Shown here: positions 50,930-57,860 of the stretch, piece by piece
How positions within the stretch are numbered: position 1 is the stretch's first letter
Layout of the letters: each line of letters opens with the position of its first letter
DNA from: a virus
Taxonomy: Duplodnaviria; Caudoviricetes
Direction: 5' to 3' (one strand)
DNA length: 64,000 nt
Virus record (IMG/VR): IMGVR_UViG_3300031555_001562
The notes under the pieces: model-generated
Told to the model about the DNA's origin: nothing
Database searches by the model: none
The model's input: only the letters and a program-made list of their open reading frames with translations
Made by a program: the position numbers and the translations under genes

Positions 50930-51424
50930 CTACTTTCTTACCAGTTCAGCCGGACAGAAGATGACTTCTTTGCCGATAGACTTCGCATACTGAATTGTCT
51001 TATAGACTCCTCCAGCGTTGATTCCATCGAAGATTGCAATCAGCTTGTCGCAATTGTCAACCATGTATCTATCACGATCATCGTCGCACGTAGAACACCA
51101 GTTCTCATGCATGAAGATTCTTTCATCAGATGCATCGATGATTTCTCTTCTCCATAACAAATAACGTTTGTCTTTTGATTTGCTACCATATCCGTTGCAC
51201 GGGAAAACAAGGCGCAAATCCATATTGATGCCGCTTTCTTTGATCTCTTTGACAGCCAGAGCAAACAGCATATCACTTCCGCTTGCCATTCCGGAATAGG
51301 CAACTGTGCAGCCATTTTGCACCAGAGTGGTCTTAATCCACTCAGAGATCTTCTGCCATTTACCATTCTTTAGATTGTTGCCAAATAGTCTTTGCGGTCT
51401 ATGTCCAGTTAGTGCAATTTTCAT
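50930..51424 (-). CDS. SLOG family (YspA/DUF1273-like) protein
   Basis: TGHRP, SGMA.G.D, RDRYMVD, GG...TI.YA. Confidence 0.85.
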   Translation of the reverse strand: MKIALTGHRPQRLFGNNLKNGKWQKISEWIKTTLVQNGCTVAYSGMASGSDMLFALAVKEIKESGINMDLRLVFPCNGYGSKSKDKRYLLWRREIIDASDERIFMHENWCSTCDDDRDRYMVDNCDKLIAIFDGINAGGVYKTIQYAKSIGKEVIFCPAELVRK

Positions 51425-51750
51425 AACTTTCCCATCATAACTGCGTATGCCATTGCAAGTTTCATCCTGCGCAGATCCACATCTTCTGGATCACTCATGA
51501 ACACTTGGGATGTACCCATATCAATGGTCATATAGCATACTTCGTTTTCACCAAGCAACTTGGCGACTCGCAGCTTTTCACCGTAGTCGGTATATTTCAG
51601 ATCCCAAAGACAGCCTTCCTGCTTAGGAGGGCTATTTTGATTCAATTCAACAGCTAGAATCTTCGCAAGATTATTCATTTGCTCTAATACAGCCTCTTCG
51701 GAATCCGCATCCATCATTCCCAAGATTGCTTCCAACTTCTTATCTTTCAT
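51421..51750 (-). CDS. Hypothetical protein
   Basis: 109 aa with GAGG RBS. Confidence 0.6.
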   Translation of the reverse strand: MKDKKLEAILGMMDADSEEAVLEQMNNLAKILAVELNQNSPPKQEGCLWDLKYTDYGEKLRVAKLLGENEVCYMTIDMGTSQVFMSDPEDVDLRRMKLAMAYAVMMGKL

Positions 51751-51770
51751 TGATTACCTCTAACACAAAA

Positions 51771-51796
51771 ATAGGGAGTAGTTTCCCACTCCCTAT
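51771..51796 (-). terminator. Intrinsic terminator
   Basis: atagggagt/actccctat stem with U run on the minus strand. Confidence 0.75.
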
Positions 51797-51808
51797 CGTG
51801 TAAACATA

Positions 51809-52531
51809 TTAGCCTACCGCTTCATCGGAAGTTCCGTTGATATTGCTGAATGCACGCTGGATAGCGGCAGATAGGATGTTGATCTGATCTTCACGCTTTG
51901 CGGCAGCACGCTTGGCGCTCTTCTCACGCTTCTTTGCAAGCTTGCGCTCACGTCTTGCTTTCTCTTCCGCTGCTTCACGAGCCTTAGTCTCTTCAGCCTT
52001 GATACGGTTCTTATAGACCTTCAGGCCACGATCAATGACCTTGTTGTACAGAGAGCTGCCGTGTCCGGTTCCGTGATCCAGCAGATGCTTAGTAACGCAG
52101 ACGGAAATACCCTGTTCCAGAGAGAATTCATCGTTGTCGCACAGGACTGCTTTCTGCGTAGAACCGTCTCCAAATGTAACGACAACAACCTTTTTCTCGC
52201 CGCCGTTCTCAATGACGGAAACATCTACGATATCGTTCATCAGGAACTTGACTTCTCCGACATAACCCTTGCCATCTGCAATATCGGCATACAGATTGAT
52301 TTTGCCGCCAATTCCAGTAGATGATCTTACAACGGTCTTTGCCTTGCGTGGCATTTCTCTCTTTTCCCGCTGACCAAAAACCATAGGGAAAATGCCATTT
52401 GATCTCAGCGCATCCAGATCAATTTCTGCTCCGCTGGCGAAATGAAGTACTTCTCCGACTGGCGCAGGGCAACCATAAGCCTTATTCTCGCCGGAAACAA
52501 CGTCTGCCTTAACAGAAAAAGTTTCGCTCAT
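51809..52531 (-). CDS. Hypothetical phage protein with basic coiled tail
   Basis: 240 aa, GAGG RBS. Confidence 0.7.
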   Translation of the reverse strand: MSETFSVKADVVSGENKAYGCPAPVGEVLHFASGAEIDLDALRSNGIFPMVFGQREKREMPRKAKTVVRSSTGIGGKINLYADIADGKGYVGEVKFLMNDIVDVSVIENGGEKKVVVVTFGDGSTQKAVLCDNDEFSLEQGISVCVTKHLLDHGTGHGSSLYNKVIDRGLKVYKNRIKAEETKAREAAEEKARRERKLAKKREKSAKRAAAKREDQINILSAAIQRAFSNINGTSDEAVG

Positions 52532-52623
52532 TTTGATTTACCTCGTATGTAGCTTTTATATATCATCAAGATATGCATTCGGCGGATCCCTTAGCTGTGA
52601 CCGTTTGCATATCTTGTTGTTTT

Positions 52624-52710
52624 TGGTACTGGCGATGGGACTTGAACCCATAATGTGCTAACACCAGTGGTACTTGAGGCCACCGTGTATACCAATTCCA
52701 CCACGCCAGC
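52624..52710 (-). tRNA. tRNA-Leu(CAA)
   Basis: Cloverleaf, long variable arm, GGTTCAAGTCC, encoded CCA. Confidence 0.9.
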
Positions 52711-52718
52711 ATATTTGT

Positions 52719-52865
52719 TTATTCGTTCTTATTGGTAGGACATTCATTCCTGCCAATGGTTTCATCGTCAGTAGAAACCGTATGAGTCGGCAAGTCGATT
52801 TCACCACGCTCATAAGCTAATGCTTCTTCTAACGCTTGTTTTAGTTCATCAAAGAATTTACTCAT
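52719..52865 (-). CDS. 48-aa peptide resembling the N-terminal toxin-binding segment of HigA-type antitoxins
   Basis: MSKFFDELKQALEEALAYERGEIDLPTHTV..., no HTH; below the ORF-track cutoff. Confidence 0.6.
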   Translation of the reverse strand: MSKFFDELKQALEEALAYERGEIDLPTHTVSTDDETIGRNECPTNKNE

Positions 52866-52890
52866 ACTTTTGATTCATGAAATAGTTGTT

Positions 52891-53061
52891 TTATTGCACC
52901 TCTGTGCAAGAGATCGGACGCACATTAAAGTAACCATCATCACTCAGCTGGCGAATTGCTCCACGGATTGCATTGCCAGACTTGTTAGATTCGATAATCA
53001 CTTCTCTGATCTCTTCCGCACGCATATTAACTTCGCAGTGAACTCTGAATAGTTTTCTCAT
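52891..53061 (-). CDS. Small hypothetical protein
   Basis: GGAGG RBS before MRKLF. Confidence 0.55.
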   Translation of the reverse strand: MRKLFRVHCEVNMRAEEIREVIIESNKSGNAIRGAIRQLSDDGYFNVRPISCTEVQ

Positions 53062-53084
53062 AGTTGCCTCCGATCTTTGTTTGA

Positions 53085-53555
53085 AACAACCTCTACTCCA
53101 AACCAGTAGCAATCAACTCTACTCTATACCTGACACCGTTGGTTGGTCATCATAGCCACTCCGCATCCTTTTTCCCTCGAATGAGAACCCTTAGCCGAAG
53201 TAGAGGTTGCCGTACACGCATTTCCGATATTCACCTTGTAGCTTGCTCACTGACGCACAATGTCAGCTACCGGATCAGCTAATGTACTATCTTTGTTCAA
53301 CATGCCACAATCTTCTATTCCGCCCACCATTGTGCTTACATCCGATTTAACGTATCGGTAGGGCTATAACGCTGTATGAACATCTGATACGTATCAGCAC
53401 GGGCAGCGGATATATCATTTCACCGATTGCCAGGTTTGGCTTCCCTTATTCATACAGAGCATTGTAAGAAACCTTCAGCCATAGGAGCAGTTTCCGTGTG
53501 TCGGACTAACGACATGTGTCCTTGTTGGTTCGCCGCCTATATTCACATCTACAAC
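53085..53555 (-). ncRNA. Candidate large structured RNA
   Basis: No credible ORF; long-range helices 53197-53210/53086-53099 and 53449-53457/53372-53380; follows tRNA-Gly. Confidence 0.5.
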
Positions 53556-53561
53556 ACTTCA

Positions 53562-53636
53562 TGGAGTGGCATACGAGACTCGAACTCGCAACATCCAGAG
53601 TGGAGGTCTGGCGCTCTACCATTGAACTAATGCCAC
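53562..53636 (-). tRNA. tRNA-Gly(TCC)
   Basis: Cloverleaf, U73, CCA; loop CC-TCC-AC (C33). Confidence 0.85.
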
Positions 53637-53731
53637 GTATTGCCCGACCAGTTTGGGCTGGACGCATAAGCGTTGCACATTACGGGCTGTGCGTTAAAAA
53701 GGAGCAAACAAAATGAAAATTCCCAAGCGGG

Positions 53732-53807
53732 TGGTCTGAGTAGCCGGACTTGAACCGGCAGCCTCATGAACCCAAATCATGCCGTCTACCAATTGACCTA
53801 TACCCAG
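53732..53807 (-). tRNA. tRNA-Pro(TGG)
   Basis: Cloverleaf, CATGA-TTTGGGT-TCATG, CCA. Confidence 0.92.
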
Positions 53808-53848
53808 ATGAAATGGGGATATGTTTCAATCCCCAATATTCATTTGTT

Positions 53849-54244
53849 TTAGTCCAGGCTGTTGCGCATTGCCAGCAGCTCTTCGACGCTCATGTTCTGA
53901 AGCGCCTCATCCTGCTTTGCGGCGATGATCTCATCGATTCTGCGCTGCTGTTCCTTGTTGGCGGCGGCAGTAGCCTTCTGCTTTGCCTCTTCCTGCTTGA
54001 CCGCAACGATGTACTTGATGATCTCGATCTTGGCTTCCAGCTCTGCATCTGCGGCGGACTTGGTTGCCAGCAGACTCTCTTCCTTGGCCTGTTTTGCCTC
54101 TGCGTTCAGTGCCTTGAAGATAGTGTCCAGATTCTTGACGGACAGATCCCACAGATCTTCAACGGAAATCTGACCCTTGAAGGGGAATCTGAACTTGCAA
54201 CGGGTAGCCATTACGAACAAAGTGTTCATATCCATATCTTTCAT
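53849..54244 (-). CDS. Conserved-looking phage coiled-coil protein
   Basis: RFPFKGQISVEDLWDL; strong codon bias. Confidence 0.8.
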   Translation of the reverse strand: MKDMDMNTLFVMATRCKFRFPFKGQISVEDLWDLSVKNLDTIFKALNAEAKQAKEESLLATKSAADAELEAKIEIIKYIVAVKQEEAKQKATAAANKEQQRRIDEIIAAKQDEALQNMSVEELLAMRNSLD

Positions 54245-54249
54245 TCTCC

Positions 54250-56361
54250 TTAGAACTTGATTCTCATAATTCTTTCGGTCTGACCCTTAACCTTAACGAC
54301 CAGATCGTTTCTCTTAGTGGAGCTGAAGCCTAGGCCGGACAGCTGATCTTCGACAGATTCAACAGCCATCTTACCGCCCAGAGCCTCAAAGACTCTCTTG
54401 TGCTGAACCAGCTCATTCTTCAGGAACTCGTTATAGAATCCGTTGGGATTTTCGGGATTCACGCAATCCTTCAGCATGAACATGTAGTGCTTGTGACCGA
54501 TGCCAGTCTGTTCATCCCAGTAGTTAGGAGAGAACATGACGACGGACACAGGGACGAACTGGTTGGTTTTCAGATTCCAGATATCAATGGGAGTCGTGTC
54601 ACATTCCATCATTTCCAGAATCTTGAACACGCCGTTCTTCAGTTCCAGCTTTGCAACAGTGACCCACTCCTTGTTTGCAAGGGGCTTTTCACGAACAAAC
54701 TGATAAACCTCACCGTTAAAGGCAAGCTCTGCCTTGAAACCACCATTGGTAGGAGTACGATGCCGCCAGTTATGAATCTTGAATGTGTAAATGCCATCTC
54801 TCAGCTTATCCATAGAGGGGAACGTAGTGTTCTCAACGGGAATGTAGCCAGCAGGAGCGGCAGCGGTATAGTCAACGTCCTGAATGCCACCAGAAGAAAC
54901 GTGTCTTCTGTGGTTCCAACCGACACGCTCACCGTTACCATAGTTATCATGAATCTCTCTGCCAGACTTATCATGACATTCAGGCTGATTGGAACCAGGC
55001 ATGAACACATGCAGATCCATAAGGGAAGCGTTACGCATACCGTCATAGTTCCAGCTGTGGGAGAATCTGAGTACACCATCTGTTCTGCCACCAGCTGCCT
55101 GTACTCTCTGGGTAATATCGCTGTCAGTGATGTTGCCAGAGTATGCCCAGGAGAAACCGTTATCCCACTTGAACATAGTAGGAGCGTCGGGATTCTTAGG
55201 AGCAATCAGAGAAACCATATTGGAAGCATGTCTGTTTTCCAGATATACTTCAACAGTCTTTGCGCTCGGCAAGACATCAGAAACGAACTTCTCAATGGAG
55301 ATTTCTTCGACTCGGCTGAACTTCTTTGCGGAGCTGGAAACCTGAGAAAGCATTTCATCGAACACGTCCATTCCTCCAGTAATCCGCTTTGCGGCATCTC
55401 TGTTAGAGAAAAGGATGTTGTTTACGTTGATGTCGTTCAGGGTTGCGAAACGTCTGCCAAGAGATTCCATGTAACCCAGAGCAGAGATGGTCTTCTTTGC
55501 ATCCTCCAGCATCTTCTTGGTGAAGATTGCCTTGGGACGCTTGTAGTTGGCAGGAGCAACGATCTTTTCATACTTCTTCACCGCAATATCCAGGTCTTCA
55601 CCATTGCTGATATCGATCAGCAGAGTACCGATACTGTGATTGCGGATTTTACCGATTGCCTCGCCAGCTGCCTTTGCATTCTCCCATGCGAAGTTGCTCT
55701 TTTCTTCATCGGGGAGCTTGTCGAAAGCACGCTTGTACTGGAGGAACTTGGTCAGAACTGCTTTCCATTCGGAGCCACGATACAGGGTGTTGGAAGCAAT
55801 CAGTTCCAGGACAGTCATGACCGCATCCTCGGTAATCTCGGTCAGTGAACGGTTGAACACGTTTCTCACATCTCTGAGAGAACCCTGGATATCACCGATA
55901 GATCTGCCGGAACGATCAACGAACTTGTCAGGAATGTTCAGGTAGAAATGATCCCACTTGATAGACTTAACGCCATCGATTCGCTCCCAGTTGGAGTCAA
56001 CGCCGACGTAATTCTCCTTGATGACGAAGAAATCCTTGACTGCTCGTTCTTTCAGGTAGGCATCCAGAGCATTGATAACAGTCTGGTAGGTTTCATCCCC
56101 CGTAGTGAAGTCCCACATGGTACGAACCTTATTGCCGCTGATAACAACAACATGACCGATGGCCTTGATGAAGTGTCTGCAACAGCTGCAATCATGTTCT
56201 CTGCGCTCCCGGAAGACTTCGTTGGTTCCACTGGGGAAGCTGTCGAGATACAGGTTCCAGAACTCGTCCTTATCGACAGTGACTTCAAACAGAGAATCGG
56301 CATTCTTTACCATCTCTGCGAAGTTTCTCTGGAACACCGCCTTGAATTCAGAAAAATTCAT
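54250..56361 (-). CDS. Large hypothetical phage protein
   Basis: 703 aa; HDCSCCR; C-terminal DLHV..DVD..PVEN beta domain; strong codon bias. Confidence 0.8.
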   Translation of the reverse strand: MNFSEFKAVFQRNFAEMVKNADSLFEVTVDKDEFWNLYLDSFPSGTNEVFRERREHDCSCCRHFIKAIGHVVVISGNKVRTMWDFTTGDETYQTVINALDAYLKERAVKDFFVIKENYVGVDSNWERIDGVKSIKWDHFYLNIPDKFVDRSGRSIGDIQGSLRDVRNVFNRSLTEITEDAVMTVLELIASNTLYRGSEWKAVLTKFLQYKRAFDKLPDEEKSNFAWENAKAAGEAIGKIRNHSIGTLLIDISNGEDLDIAVKKYEKIVAPANYKRPKAIFTKKMLEDAKKTISALGYMESLGRRFATLNDINVNNILFSNRDAAKRITGGMDVFDEMLSQVSSSAKKFSRVEEISIEKFVSDVLPSAKTVEVYLENRHASNMVSLIAPKNPDAPTMFKWDNGFSWAYSGNITDSDITQRVQAAGGRTDGVLRFSHSWNYDGMRNASLMDLHVFMPGSNQPECHDKSGREIHDNYGNGERVGWNHRRHVSSGGIQDVDYTAAAPAGYIPVENTTFPSMDKLRDGIYTFKIHNWRHRTPTNGGFKAELAFNGEVYQFVREKPLANKEWVTVAKLELKNGVFKILEMMECDTTPIDIWNLKTNQFVPVSVVMFSPNYWDEQTGIGHKHYMFMLKDCVNPENPNGFYNEFLKNELVQHKRVFEALGGKMAVESVEDQLSGLGFSSTKRNDLVVKVKGQTERIMRIKF

Positions 56362-56381
56362 ATTGTTTGCACTTCCTTGTT

Positions 56382-56564
56382 TTACTTCTTTTTTATCTTA
56401 GAGCGAATGAAATCGTAGATGATTACGATTGCAACCGCCATAATGATGAATGCCAGAATCGTACTGACCTTATAGAGCGAAATCATGATTGCACGAATCA
56501 TAATCAGTACCAGCGTTACCACGGCAACGATCAGCACAAATTTCAGTATTTTCTTGAAATCCAT
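56382..56564 (-). CDS. Small two-TM membrane protein
   Basis: Start MDFKK, two hydrophobic segments. Confidence 0.6.
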   Translation of the reverse strand: MDFKKILKFVLIVAVVTLVLIMIRAIMISLYKVSTILAFIIMAVAIVIIYDFIRSKIKKK

Positions 56565-56586
56565 TTGGATCCCTCTTTCTTGTTGA

Positions 56587-56674
56587 TGGTGTGGCTGACG
56601 GGACTTGAACCCGTATGGTGTCAACCACCGGCAGATTTTAAGTCTGCTGCCTCTACCGATTTGACCACAGCCAC
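56587..56674 (-). tRNA. tRNA-Leu(TAA)
   Basis: GCAGA-CTTAAAA-TCTGC, long variable arm, CCA. Confidence 0.92.
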
Positions 56675-56677
56675 ATA

Positions 56678-56754
56678 TGGTGGTTCCGTTCAGACTCGAA
56701 CTAAAGACTTTCCGGTTATGAGCCGGAGGCTCTAACCAACTGAGCTACGGAACC
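56678..56754 (-). tRNA. tRNA-CAT (Ile2 or elongator Met)
   Basis: TCCGG-CTCATAA-CCGGA, G1-C72 paired, CCA. Confidence 0.85.
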
Positions 56755-56912
56755 GTGTTTTGTGCAGTTCCCGATTAATTATCACATCATAGCTACAGAT
56801 TCAACCAATCCAGTACGATCAGCATCTTTTCACCATGCAGTTTTCATCGGGCATTGTCATTTTTTGTGAGGTGTCCTGCTCTCGCTCACATAGCAAGGTG
56901 CGACCTTGCCTC

Positions 56913-56989
56913 TGGTATGGGTGAAGGGACTCGAACCCCTGACCTATGACTTAGAAGGACATTGCTCTATCCATCTGAGCTACACCCAC
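56913..56989 (-). tRNA. tRNA-Arg(TCT)
   Basis: ATGTC-CTTCTAA-GTCAT (one T-T mismatch), CCA. Confidence 0.9.
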
Positions 56990-56992
56990 ATA

Positions 56993-57076
56993 TGGTGCCG
57001 GTGAGGGGACTCGAACCCCTATGCTGTTGGCAGCGGAACCTAAATCCGCCGAGTCTACCAATTCCACCACACCGGC
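56993..57076 (-). tRNA. tRNA-Leu(TAG)
   Basis: GCGGA-TTTAGGT-TCCGC, CCA. Confidence 0.92.
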
Positions 57077-57232
57077 CTATATAAACTGCAAAGACCTTTG
57101 CGAATTAACTTTGCAGATGGTTTTAATCGACACTAAAAAGAAAGGAGGTAAACAAGAAAAGATCGGTATGCAATATAGGAGGTGAAAACATGGAAGAAAA
57201 AGAGGGGTGTGTCGATAAGGTTTTGGTTGGAA

Positions 57233-57418
57233 TCAATTTGAATTACTCTTCCCGTAGAAGCCATCACACTTCACAACGAAGTTGCAGCTAAATCCTTCGG
57301 GATCTCTGACTAACTCTTCACCGCAGTCACATTTGTGGCCTTTCGCTGTGTACTCAGAGATTCGCATTGAGATTTCATGCTTCTTCCCACACTTGGGACA
57401 GATAAACTTGTATGTCAT
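57233..57418 (-). CDS. FmdB-like zinc-ribbon protein
   Basis: MTYKFICPKCG...C.CG...GFY. Confidence 0.75.
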   Translation of the reverse strand: MTYKFICPKCGKKHEISMRISEYTAKGHKCDCGEELVRDPEGFSCNFVVKCDGFYGKSNSN

Positions 57419-57464
57419 GCGTTTTATCTTTCTTTGTTGGGTTGTCTTTGGTCTTGAAATGAAT

Positions 57465-57540
57465 GTCGGAAATCCAGGATTCTAAAAACAAATTTTCATC
57501 TTTTACATATGTAGTAGAAGGATGAATCCTGATAGCCGAC
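57465..57540 (-). ncRNA. Y-RNA-like scaffold, copy 1
   Basis: GUCGG-CUAU-CAGGAUUC-AUCCUUCUA-[32 nt]-GAAUCCUG-GAUUU-CCGAC. Confidence 0.7.
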
Positions 57541-57557
57541 TATATGAATGGGCATGA

Positions 57558-57700
57558 TCCGGAAATTGAAGTTTCTGTTCTTGTGTGATGCTCTACCAAT
57601 TGAGCTAAACGACAGGCGGCTATGCCGTAGCTGCCGTTGGTGGACTCGAACCACCGACACTCGCATTGCTTAACTAGAAGGATGAAACTTATAGGCCGGA
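57558..57700 (-). ncRNA. Y-RNA-like scaffold, copy 2, containing a circularly permuted tRNA mimic (YrlA-like architecture)
   Basis: Same scaffold; insert order is T arm (GGUGG UUCGAGU CCACC), loop-closed acceptor stem (AACGGCAG/CUGUCGUU), D arm (UAGCUC AAUUGGUA GAGC). Confidence 0.8.
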
Positions 57701-57703
57701 ACA

Positions 57704-57780
57704 TGGCGGAAATTAAGAACTCGATCAACACTACAAATCCAAATTGTTTTTAATAGAAGGATGAGTTCTTATAGCCGCCA
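57704..57780 (-). ncRNA. Y-RNA-like scaffold, copy 3
   Basis: UGGCGG-CUA-UAAGAACUC-AUCCUUCUA-[31 nt]-GAGUUCUUA-AUUU-CCGCCA. Confidence 0.7.
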
Positions 57781-57801
57781 GTAGCTCCAAATCACGTTGT
57801 T

Positions 57802-57830
57802 ATTATAGCATACGCTTTGCTGTTTGTCAA
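57802..57830 (-). promoter_or_regulatory. Consensus sigma-A promoter driving RNA copies 3-2-1 and downstream tRNAs
   Basis: TTGACA-17-TATAAT with TG extension; ACGCAACAAAG box at 57834. Confidence 0.88.
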
Positions 57831-57860
57831 GCACTTTGTTGCGTTTTCTTTGGATTATTT

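Noticed and set aside
52567-52616. Riboswitch or self-cleaving ribozyme after tRNA-Leu(CAA)
   Set aside because: An 11-bp stem is present, but I could not match the enclosed sequence to any known aptamer or HDV-like fold by eye.
57585-57665. Ordinary tRNA gene or tRNA pseudogene
   Set aside because: Arms are in permuted order with no anticodon loop or CCA end, and are embedded in the conserved scaffold.
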